The translations under genes and the position numbers were made by a program. Below are positions 19,457-27,981 of a stretch of DNA of 64,000 bases, one piece after another. The notes beneath the pieces were generated by a model that was given only the letters and a program-made list of their open reading frames with translations, searched no databases and had not been told where the DNA came from. Origin of the DNA: an uncultured Methanosarcinales archaeon (lineage in GTDB: Archaea; Nanobdellota; Nanobdellia; Woesearchaeales; ARS49); NCBI GenBank assembly GCA_964637115.1, contig CAZWVL010000001.1:91105-155104 (forward strand), read 5' to 3'. How positions within the stretch are numbered: position 1 is the stretch's first letter; the number at the start of each line of letters is the position of its first letter.

Positions 19457-19491
19457 ATGAACTCATAAAGTGATATAGAAATCGTGGTGGG

Positions 19492-20202
19492 ATGATGCGG
19501 GAAACTAATGATTCGTTATCTGGATTGATAAACGATTTATTAGGTATAGAATTAAACATTACAGGAGCTAAACTGGCAGCAAGAGCTTCAACTTTGAAAC
19601 GCAGAGTTCTAGACGACCAAGATGTTTTTGGTCCTTTCTTAAAAAAAGCAGGAACCGGAAGAGCCACAAGATATGAAATTGTTGATGTTCCCAATTTCAA
19701 AGAAAAACTGAAGAAAGTTCTGGAGGAAGAGAATGAAGATCCTGAGGCAGGAAAATACTCTTTCAGAGAGCTCGTAGGAGAGGCTGTAGTTCAAGTGGCT
19801 GGAGAACTCACAAAACCAGAACTTAACAGTTTGATAACAATGTACATGTCAATGTACAAAACAGACTCACAAGTTGCGGAATGTATGACAAAAGGCCGAG
19901 TAGATTTCAGATATACAGTTCATCATCCTAAACAACTCAAAGAAAGATTAGTGGAGCTCATAAACCAGCACAGACATGGAGATATACACCCACAGTTGGA
20001 AAAAACAAAAGCAGAAGTATACACGATTAATGAGATAAGAAAAACAGCGGGATTAACCTTTGAACGAATGGCCGCATACATGGCAGAACCAAAATATGCA
20101 AAACTGCTAGGCGATGTTTCTAAAAACAAAGCAGGAGAAATAGGCTATCCCAAGAGAAATGCGGATGACTTCATAAAGGCGGTGCAAAGAAATGACGCAT
20201 AA
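19492..20202 (+). CDS. Hypothetical protein with three tandem winged-HTH-like repeats
   Basis: Three units of about 60-70 aa, each helix...wing (KAGTGRATRYEI / TKGRVDFRYTV / KNKAGEIGYP) plus a final amphipathic helix; overlaps the sigma-like gene by 11 nt. Confidence 0.7.
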   Translation: MMRETNDSLSGLINDLLGIELNITGAKLAARASTLKRRVLDDQDVFGPFLKKAGTGRATRYEIVDVPNFKEKLKKVLEEENEDPEAGKYSFRELVGEAVVQVAGELTKPELNSLITMYMSMYKTDSQVAECMTKGRVDFRYTVHHPKQLKERLVELINQHRHGDIHPQLEKTKAEVYTINEIRKTAGLTFERMAAYMAEPKYAKLLGDVSKNKAGEIGYPKRNADDFIKAVQRNDA

Positions 20203-22525
20203 AGGAGAGGAAGTGGGCCTTTCAGCATACAGAAAAGACTACGTCCACCCGATGGAAGCGCCAGAAGTCTTCAGAAGCGTAAGAGCGCTGGACATTTATG
20301 AGGGATTCTCAAGGCATCCAAACCTGCGCAAGACAATCCGCGTTGAAGGAGTAATCCGCGAGGATATGGTGCAAGTGGATGATATAGGATTATTTCAAAG
20401 AGTAAGTTTTGACAAGCTTGCACAAGCATTTGGGCTGAAGGATTTACATTGCCTTCGGCAATTTTTCTTTGAAACCTGGGGAGAAAAAGTAGGCGCGGCA
20501 TCAAACGTGCTTGTGGCGGACTTCCTAGCGTACGTCACGCGCGCGCAGAGCAGGCTGTTCCGCGTGTTCCCTGAAAATAATGGACAAATCACGACATACC
20601 CATTTATGGAAATGCACAATGTCGCACTGCCAGAATATTACAGGGAAAGAGGAAAAATTCCTGTAAGCGTGTTAAAAGACTACCTTGCGGCTGTGCTTGA
20701 TGATTTGAAAGAAACAGGAGCGCTACCCAGAAAAAAACTAAGCGGAGTAGTAAACGCGCACTATCAAAACATTGCATTTGTTGAAGGACACGTACAAGCA
20801 GGAGATGAGTTCATTCCAACAAGGCAAGCATTCAGAGCGCTCAGCCCATATTTTACTGGAAAAGAAATCAAACATTACTTGGGCAATGGAAAGATAACAT
20901 CTGAAAAAAGGGGAGTGACAAAATTATTCAAAGTAGCGGATCTGCAGAGCCTAATAAAAGAACACTTAACTACGGGAGACGACATTTCACGACGTGCACT
21001 TGAAAGAGAACTTGCACGGGACGTAACTTTACCGGTATTAAAAGTAGGAATAAAAAACAGCGCGATTCACTATGCCACACTTTTGTTGCAGCCAGGACTA
21101 AGAAATGCAGACTACGGAAAAATTCAGAGTGTTGTAGAAAAGCTGAACAAACTCGGTATCATGGTTCTAGAACCTGATGCAGAAAAGGTATTCAAAAATT
21201 TCACTTACAACTACAAATTAGACAGTCCGCCGGACGCTTCACAAAACCCGCTCCAGTATTACTTGTGGGATATAGGAAAAATAGAGATTCTTGATAAAGA
21301 CTCGCAAAAAGACATTGGAAAAATAATGATACAACAGAGAGAAAAATTCACGTACAAATTACTGCGCAACCCTCACGCGGCAAGAAAAATTGCTGCAACA
21401 CTTGCAGATATAATAGAAAAAGGACACGGATTGAAGTCCGCAAGCATATTCACAGGAGAAGACAGCCTGAATAAAGCACTAAAATGGCACGAAGTCGTTG
21501 AAGAACTGGAAAAACTGGAAAGCAAGGCAACAAGACTTGAAAAAGAACTTTCATCCGTACAGGAACGAGGCAAACTTGTAAAAGAGTACCGTTCGCTTCA
21601 AGACAAAATTGAGAACAGAATACGCGGATACGGCCTGCAAACAAGATGGCTGGCAAAAGTTGCAGAAAAATACATAACAGAAGAAATGCCTGTTGAAGAA
21701 TTTGACAATAAAACAGAAATTCTAACCAGCCACCAATTATACAAAGATACGAGAGACTGTTTAATCAAGCAGATACTAAAACTGGTAGTGTCGTGCGCAA
21801 AACGCTATGTTTCCAAAAGCCCGTATGGAAGCTTTGCAGACAGAATGCTCAACCTAATCTCGCTCGGCAACATTGGAGCAATAAGTGCAGTTGAAAGATG
21901 GAATCCGGACTTAAGCTCAATCACCACATACGGATACTGGTGGATGAGACAGAGCATTACCAGACACATGTATGAAACAAGAGGAATGCAAGCCGGCGAT
22001 TCACACGCAATGAGAGAAGCGGTACGTGTATATGCGAAAGAAAGACGGCGATTCTTCCAAACACACTTCCGAGAGCCAGGCCTGGATGAACTTTCAAAAA
22101 GACTAAACGTGTCAATAGAAAGATTAGCAGAAATAAGACTGTGGTCAAAACGCACCGTATCGCTTGACCAAGCAATAAATGATGATGAAGAATCACGAAT
22201 GGGCGACTTAATAGGCAAAAAAGACCCAGATCTTGAAAAGCCAAAGTACGACGAAGTTGCATTGCAAATGTTGATTCAAAAAATAGTTACGCCCAAGCAA
22301 TGGAAAGTTCTGTACGGAAGATTCTATGAGGACAAAACGCTTGAGGAAGTCGCACAAAGAACTGATTTGAGAAAAAACAAGATCGGCGCCACCGGGCCCA
22401 TGACACGAGAACGCATACGCCAAATTGAAGCAAAAGCACTTGCCAAACTCCGAGATCCTATCCATCTCAAAAAAATTGAAGGACTAACTGGGGAAGTTCC
22501 TGGCGTTGAAATCCCGCTTGATTAG
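20192..22525 (+). CDS. Sigma-70 family (RpoD-like) protein with a long N-terminal HTH-like extension
   Basis: Region 1.2 YYLWDIGKIEIL; region 2 KLVVSCAKRY...LGNIGA...TTYGYWWMRQSITR; region 3 REPGLDELSKRL...VSLDQAI; region 4 TLEEVA...TRERIRQIEAKALAKLR. Confidence 0.92.
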   Translation: MTHKGEEVGLSAYRKDYVHPMEAPEVFRSVRALDIYEGFSRHPNLRKTIRVEGVIREDMVQVDDIGLFQRVSFDKLAQAFGLKDLHCLRQFFFETWGEKVGAASNVLVADFLAYVTRAQSRLFRVFPENNGQITTYPFMEMHNVALPEYYRERGKIPVSVLKDYLAAVLDDLKETGALPRKKLSGVVNAHYQNIAFVEGHVQAGDEFIPTRQAFRALSPYFTGKEIKHYLGNGKITSEKRGVTKLFKVADLQSLIKEHLTTGDDISRRALERELARDVTLPVLKVGIKNSAIHYATLLLQPGLRNADYGKIQSVVEKLNKLGIMVLEPDAEKVFKNFTYNYKLDSPPDASQNPLQYYLWDIGKIEILDKDSQKDIGKIMIQQREKFTYKLLRNPHAARKIAATLADIIEKGHGLKSASIFTGEDSLNKALKWHEVVEELEKLESKATRLEKELSSVQERGKLVKEYRSLQDKIENRIRGYGLQTRWLAKVAEKYITEEMPVEEFDNKTEILTSHQLYKDTRDCLIKQILKLVVSCAKRYVSKSPYGSFADRMLNLISLGNIGAISAVERWNPDLSSITTYGYWWMRQSITRHMYETRGMQAGDSHAMREAVRVYAKERRRFFQTHFREPGLDELSKRLNVSIERLAEIRLWSKRTVSLDQAINDDEESRMGDLIGKKDPDLEKPKYDEVALQMLIQKIVTPKQWKVLYGRFYEDKTLEEVAQRTDLRKNKIGATGPMTRERIRQIEAKALAKLRDPIHLKKIEGLTGEVPGVEIPLD

Positions 22526-22620
22526 TCATAACAGAAACGTATCCAAGCGGTAGTGAATTTTGAATACTGCCTTCCGAAAACTTTAAAAGCGAGAGGGCTA
22601 TATACTGTTAAGGGAGAAAC

Positions 22621-23442
22621 ATGAGTGAAACACTATTCGATTTATTGGTTGTAGAGACAGAAATTTCAGGTCCAACAAACTCGGTTCTAGAGAAAGCTCT
22701 GGCCAACATTGAAAAACAAAGAGAAACACAAATCTTCGACAAATTCGGGCGCGACATCAAATCAGCTTCAATTGATTACACGGTCATAATACAGCCAAAA
22801 GCAGAAGGCAAGAAACCAGAAGCAATCACTTCTACAAGCACAAAATCATACGAAGATGCAGTTGCAAAAGCAAGCAAGGATGGCAAGGTAGAATACGAAG
22901 AAACAGTAACACTAAAACTGGTCGAAAAGTTCAAAGTTCCATACATTCTTGAAAAAGCAAGGGCATCAGCGCCAAGCAAAAGAAGACTGCTTTCGGCACT
23001 CGAACGCGAAGAAAGAACACTGCGCGAACGCTACGGAAACGACATGACAAAAGAGCCAAACGATGTTCACTATTCTGTAGCATTCCATACAGGTGTGTGG
23101 AATGAAGACAAAGGAAGGCCAAACGGTGCTGTTGCAGGAGTAGGAATCAGCAGAACATCACTGGTTGAAGCGATGGATAAAGCTGCAGAGGACACAGGCA
23201 AAGCAAAGCACAGGGGAGAATTATACGCAGGAACACACACGTTCAAAATTTACATGACTGCCCAGGTTAAGGACTTGGTAGAAGCAGAAGCAAGGGCAAG
23301 AGAAGAAGCAAAAGAAGCTAAAGCTTCAAGCGGAGCGCTTGTCGGTGCTGGAGCATCAAGTCGTTCATCGGGTCGTACTTACGGAGGCGGCGGCACAATG
23401 TCATATGCTGCAAGCGCTCCTACAAAAACAGACCTATTCTAA
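22621..23442 (+). CDS. Hypothetical protein, possibly with two dodecin-like modules
   Basis: STSTKSYEDAVAKASKDGKVEY..VTLKL and GISRTSLVEAMDKAAEDT; low-complexity G/S/A tail; own TATA (ctttaaaag) and SD (aggga). Confidence 0.65.
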   Translation: MSETLFDLLVVETEISGPTNSVLEKALANIEKQRETQIFDKFGRDIKSASIDYTVIIQPKAEGKKPEAITSTSTKSYEDAVAKASKDGKVEYEETVTLKLVEKFKVPYILEKARASAPSKRRLLSALEREERTLRERYGNDMTKEPNDVHYSVAFHTGVWNEDKGRPNGAVAGVGISRTSLVEAMDKAAEDTGKAKHRGELYAGTHTFKIYMTAQVKDLVEAEARAREEAKEAKASSGALVGAGASSRSSGRTYGGGGTMSYAASAPTKTDLF

Positions 23443-25127
23443 ATTTTAGATTTTCTTAACTTATCAAGAACTCTATCGCGATAGCCGTCTAAGCGCAGCT
23501 GGTTGTAACAATTAGAGGCCATGCCAAGCAATTCTGTGAAAATTCGCGCATAACTGGCAGACATCCAAGCATCAAACTTCTCTCCAAGTTTTCCACGCGC
23601 ATAAGCTTCAAAAGCCTCCATGGAAGAAGTATGAGGAGCGAGAACTTCTTTAGCAAAACAAACCCTATCTGCTGCTTCATAACAAAAGTTTGCCTTCTTT
23701 TCCAAAAGATACAACGCTTTCTCATCACCGTTGCGCAAAGCCCTGAAACGCTGCATGTGCTCATCATCAATCTGTTCGGGAGCCAGCACTCCTAAAGTGC
23801 CTGAACCAAAGCTCATTCCCCCGATGTGAAAATTACCGCTAATGCGCTGATCTATCATTCTTTGCAATCTTTTCATCCGTTTTTCTACATTTCTTTGCGC
23901 GTCAAGTCTTGAAAGTTCGTCTCCGCCATCCTCATTTCTCAAATCAAACTCCACAGAGTGCTCTGACATGGAAAAAAGAAGATCCTTTCTCGCTTCTTTG
24001 CGAGCATTCTGGTAGAGTGCCTCAGCCATAGAAAACTTTCTGACAGAATCATTATTCTTAACTTTGCTGTGAGAATAAATGACGGCTTCCAAGAACTCAG
24101 GTCTTAGCTGGCTATAATCTCCTTCCAAGTATGAATTCTGAATCTTGTCCTCTAATTTGCATTGCTCTTCAACGGTCAGGCCAAGAAAATCTTCACGAAG
24201 GGAGCTTATGGTTGCCATCGGCAAGACCATGACTGGAATATTGTCAAGAAATTCTGCCCAGCCGGACTCCCTGAAGAAATAACCAGTGACCTCTTCCCGT
24301 ATAATTTTATTGCCGTCAAAAAATATCTTGTTCTCTAAACCGCGCTTTTGCACCAGAAGGCGGTCAAGCGTTACTCCGCTTACAAGCGCCTGCTCTTTAG
24401 GATAATATCTTACAAACCATTCTGCAGGCAAGGGAGTTCTGGTTTTCCAAAAATCAACAGTAGAATAGCCGGCGCGCTGGCCTTTCACGAGCATCTTGGC
24501 AGCACCTTCGTCTGAACGCAAGTATTTGATGCGCTCAAGATATTCTGCTTCAGTAAAAGTGTCAACATAAGTGAATTCAAACTCATCAACCTGGCCGTGC
24601 TCCTCATTCTTAATGGAGAATGTTTTATCATCGTAATTCCAAGTAACTGCGCCAAGAGGCAGCATTTCCTGGCACAAAACCCATAAATTCTCCTCGCCAA
24701 CATCAACTTCAACGATTGCGTGAGCAGAAACAAAAGAACTGCCAGCGCGCCTGCAGCCCTCGATTTCTCTGATTACTGGACGCAAGCCGCATTCCTTTGC
24801 AACCACATAATTAGCGACCATCTGCGTGGAGCATATCGCCTCAGACATTTCATGCGGAAGCTGAAAATAAGTACCTTTGCGCAAGGCATCCCCAAAGCCA
24901 TACTTGTGGCCGAGGTGTTTTTTAATAACTTGTGCGATAAGCTTCTTGTCATTCAAGATATCTGGACGTTTAGGATGAGAAGGATTGTCAAGAATTTTTT
25001 CAAGATCACGAATCTGGCTTTTAGCGCCTTTTTCTTCCAGCTGTTTAATCTTCATCACGTAAGCAGCGTCGATAATCAACGCACGCTTTTTCACAGCCCA
25101 CTCTAAAGTTTCAGGAGGAAAACTCAT
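23439..25127 (-). CDS. Hypothetical protein with a possible transglutaminase-like (Cys-His) domain
   Basis: 562-aa ORF; ICSTQMVANYVVAKECGL ... SAHAIVEVD resembles a TGase-like core. Confidence 0.65.
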   Translation of the reverse strand: MSFPPETLEWAVKKRALIIDAAYVMKIKQLEEKGAKSQIRDLEKILDNPSHPKRPDILNDKKLIAQVIKKHLGHKYGFGDALRKGTYFQLPHEMSEAICSTQMVANYVVAKECGLRPVIREIEGCRRAGSSFVSAHAIVEVDVGEENLWVLCQEMLPLGAVTWNYDDKTFSIKNEEHGQVDEFEFTYVDTFTEAEYLERIKYLRSDEGAAKMLVKGQRAGYSTVDFWKTRTPLPAEWFVRYYPKEQALVSGVTLDRLLVQKRGLENKIFFDGNKIIREEVTGYFFRESGWAEFLDNIPVMVLPMATISSLREDFLGLTVEEQCKLEDKIQNSYLEGDYSQLRPEFLEAVIYSHSKVKNNDSVRKFSMAEALYQNARKEARKDLLFSMSEHSVEFDLRNEDGGDELSRLDAQRNVEKRMKRLQRMIDQRISGNFHIGGMSFGSGTLGVLAPEQIDDEHMQRFRALRNGDEKALYLLEKKANFCYEAADRVCFAKEVLAPHTSSMEAFEAYARGKLGEKFDAWMSASYARIFTELLGMASNCYNQLRLDGYRDRVLDKLRKSKI

Positions 25128-25132
25128 TTTGG

Positions 25133-26653
25133 CTAAAATACTTTGCCCATATCAGTGCCTGCCACTTTCTTTTGCGTTTCAGCGCTTGGAGGCCTTTCAA
25201 TTTTCTGATATGTAGGTATAGGAGTTACAGTGACAAGCTGCATGCCAAAGCGCTCTTTCTCAGTATTAAGTGCATAGACAAGAGCGCGCTCGTGAATGTG
25301 CACTCCGCTTTCAGTCCTTATCTGATTCCTCAAATCATTAACGCTAAATGAACCATAACCGAATGTCGGCAAGGCTTTCTGGATTGCCACTCTATACTCA
25401 TCTGTGACAGTTATTTCTGCAAACTCATAAACCCACTTCAAACCGTCTTTTCTCTTTTGCCTGATGCCAAAATCTTCCATGGAAAGAGACATGTTCCTGC
25501 CAACGCTGATAAAATCCAGTGAAATTCCAAGCTCTTTAACACTTTCACCTACGCGTTCAGAAGTGAATTCGTCATAGCCAATGTCCGCTCTAACTATTTC
25601 CAAAGCCCTTTTAATGTAAAACTTATTAACAGAGGCTCGTTCGATTGGACGCAGGCACGAAATAATTTTCTTGATGAACTCGTCTTCTGGGATCGGCCGT
25701 TGGCCTGTTTTGGAAAACTTGTGTCGTTCTTCTTTGCTGATGCCGAACAAAGCAGGCTCAGAACGAAGGTAACTTCCAATCAAGCCGGCGGTTAAAATAC
25801 AGCCTGCTGGCAAGTCTTTCTTGACACGTCCTGAAAGAAACCGCTGGCCGGTAGCGTAACTGTCAATAACTCTCTTCATTTCCAAAAGTGCGAGCAATTC
25901 AGGCGGTCTTTCTGTAGGGCCACTGCCAAGAATACCGCTTCTGGCGGGAATTATTTCGGACGTTGGACTGGACTGTGCATACCTTGGAAGCGAGACTGCC
26001 ACTGGATGGACCCTGAAAAGTTCAATTGGAATGCTAAGGTACTCATTTTTCTGCAATTTGTCAAGAATTTCATCAGCGCACGGGATAACGTAATGAATCC
26101 TGTCAAGGGCAGATAGTTCTGAAATGAAATTAAGCTCTTTAACAGCGCCTTCGAAAGTAGACAATGAGAGCTTCATCTTTGTTGCGTTCTCACGGTGATT
26201 TTCCAAAGGCAGGATTTTGTCCTGCAGGTCTGCAAGCTCAACCAGTTTATCAGAAGTCGGAGCAGCGCCGGGCTTCCTTAAAGCGGTCCATTCTGCATCA
26301 ACTTTTCTTTTAATTTCCTCAAGTTCACCTATTGTCTTTTCACCGGCACTTAGTTCTGAAGCTATTTTTCTCTGCCTTTGGCCTATGGCACCGATTACAC
26401 GGCCAAGATAAGCGCCCTGAACCTCGTTCCATCTGGTAATGATTGGCATTCTGGCTTCGTGGTCGCAGATTGTTGCAAGGCTAGCAGTCCTGTAGTACTT
26501 GTCACGAGTCTTTTTGTAAAGAACAGGATCAGTATTTTCCAAATCGCGGTTTGAATTCTGGCGCAACTCTTCCCACGATTCCTCAACCCATTTTGAGAGC
26601 TTGCTCTTTGCTTCTGGACTGAGACCTTGAGCAGTTTGATTATCTTCTGGCAT
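25133..26653 (-). CDS. Hypothetical coiled-coil plus multi-winged-helix protein
   Basis: 506 aa; N-terminal coiled coil; C-terminal wHTH-like units such as FSVNDLRNQIRTESGVHIHERALVYAL. Confidence 0.65.
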   Translation of the reverse strand: MPEDNQTAQGLSPEAKSKLSKWVEESWEELRQNSNRDLENTDPVLYKKTRDKYYRTASLATICDHEARMPIITRWNEVQGAYLGRVIGAIGQRQRKIASELSAGEKTIGELEEIKRKVDAEWTALRKPGAAPTSDKLVELADLQDKILPLENHRENATKMKLSLSTFEGAVKELNFISELSALDRIHYVIPCADEILDKLQKNEYLSIPIELFRVHPVAVSLPRYAQSSPTSEIIPARSGILGSGPTERPPELLALLEMKRVIDSYATGQRFLSGRVKKDLPAGCILTAGLIGSYLRSEPALFGISKEERHKFSKTGQRPIPEDEFIKKIISCLRPIERASVNKFYIKRALEIVRADIGYDEFTSERVGESVKELGISLDFISVGRNMSLSMEDFGIRQKRKDGLKWVYEFAEITVTDEYRVAIQKALPTFGYGSFSVNDLRNQIRTESGVHIHERALVYALNTEKERFGMQLVTVTPIPTYQKIERPPSAETQKKVAGTDMGKVF

Positions 26654-26741
26654 AATTCCCCCAATATTTCATCACTCAACAATAGTCATTTAAGTGTCAT
26701 TTATAAGCTTTTCTGTCTAAATGTATGCCGTAATAGACGAG

Positions 26742-27863
26742 CTAATCCTTATGTTCACGATGCTGTACGCCAAGCGCATCTATGTAGAATTCTCTTCGCT
26801 GATTTTCCATTGATGAATAATCAGCAGGTTTTTTCTTTTCCCAGGTCTGCAAGTCGTTAAGAACTATGTTACAAACGTGCTTGAGAGAATCAAGAGACTC
26901 CTTGCCCTGGTAGACAAATGTGCCCTTTCCACGCATTACAAGGACTGCGAAAGATTGATCGTGCCAGCGGTAGAATAATGCTGCCTTGTTATTTTCAAGG
27001 CTTTTTCTGTCAACGTGAATGTGCTGGAGAAGCTGCGCCAGAACTCTGAGCGATTCCTTTCTTTCAAGAGCTATTTTTAATCCTTTTTTGATTTCCCGTT
27101 CTCCCTTGTAGCCGAGCTCTTTGAGCATGGAGATTGCTTTTCCATAATTTTTTTCTTCCAAGTGTTGTGTTGCAGTGTCAAGGTCCTGATCGAATGCACT
27201 TTCTAAGTTGTCGAGCTGCACTTCATATGGCGCTTTGAGCTCTCGACGCTTTAGTGCAAGCACATCTGCATAGTTGGCCGCATCTCCTAATTTATCCTTC
27301 ACAGCATCCAATGCCTGCTGTTCAGTCTCCCTTATTTTGTGCCGAATATCATCTGTTCTGCGCCTGACGTAAGCATCCCTTATTCCGTTCTCTTCAATGA
27401 AATCACGTAAATTTTGTACAGCATCAATAATGCCGTCTTTCGTAAGACGCGGCTCGCGGATTCCTGCCACTTTATCATAAACTACAGGATCATCAAAGCC
27501 CCTGTCGCTCAAATCATCTGCAACGCGCGTTAATCCATGCTCATAAGCAAGCTCTTCAAATCCTATTCCGAACAAATCACGCTGCAATTGTTCGCTCAGC
27601 TTGCTTGGATCTTTTGGAGGATCTATTCTTGTCATTACGGCAGTTTCCAGGACGCCTATATCCTTTCCCCTGAAGTCAAGAAGCCGGTCGTATTTTCCCG
27701 GCTCGCCCTTGAGAACGTCAAGAATTTCCCTGAATGTTTGAACAGAGTCATAGCCGCATTGGAATAATAATTCGGCGTAATGCCCTCTGCGCGAAAGCCT
27801 GTGCACCTCTCTTTTGCGCGGGCTTCTCAACAAATCTAACAATACCTCTAGCGGCTCCCACAT
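26742..27863 (-). CDS. Hypothetical protein
   Basis: 373-aa ORF, charged and helical; weak HhH-like N-terminus (AELLFQCGYDSV). Confidence 0.65.
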   Translation of the reverse strand: MWEPLEVLLDLLRSPRKREVHRLSRRGHYAELLFQCGYDSVQTFREILDVLKGEPGKYDRLLDFRGKDIGVLETAVMTRIDPPKDPSKLSEQLQRDLFGIGFEELAYEHGLTRVADDLSDRGFDDPVVYDKVAGIREPRLTKDGIIDAVQNLRDFIEENGIRDAYVRRRTDDIRHKIRETEQQALDAVKDKLGDAANYADVLALKRRELKAPYEVQLDNLESAFDQDLDTATQHLEEKNYGKAISMLKELGYKGEREIKKGLKIALERKESLRVLAQLLQHIHVDRKSLENNKAALFYRWHDQSFAVLVMRGKGTFVYQGKESLDSLKHVCNIVLNDLQTWEKKKPADYSSMENQRREFYIDALGVQHREHKD

Positions 27864-27981
27864 GTCATATCAAATAGTTTTGCAGCTTAAAAAGTTTGCG
27901 CCTATTTTTTACTGGATTTTGGTGAAACTAATCCAATTTGTCATAATATTTATAAATACAGAGTAGGGGCTGTGATGGTGG

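Noticed and set aside
19405-22620. Bacterial -35/-10 promoters near the sigma operon
   Set aside because: TATACT at 22601 lacks a TTGACA-like hexamer at 16-18 bp spacing; the upstream elements look like archaeal TATA boxes.
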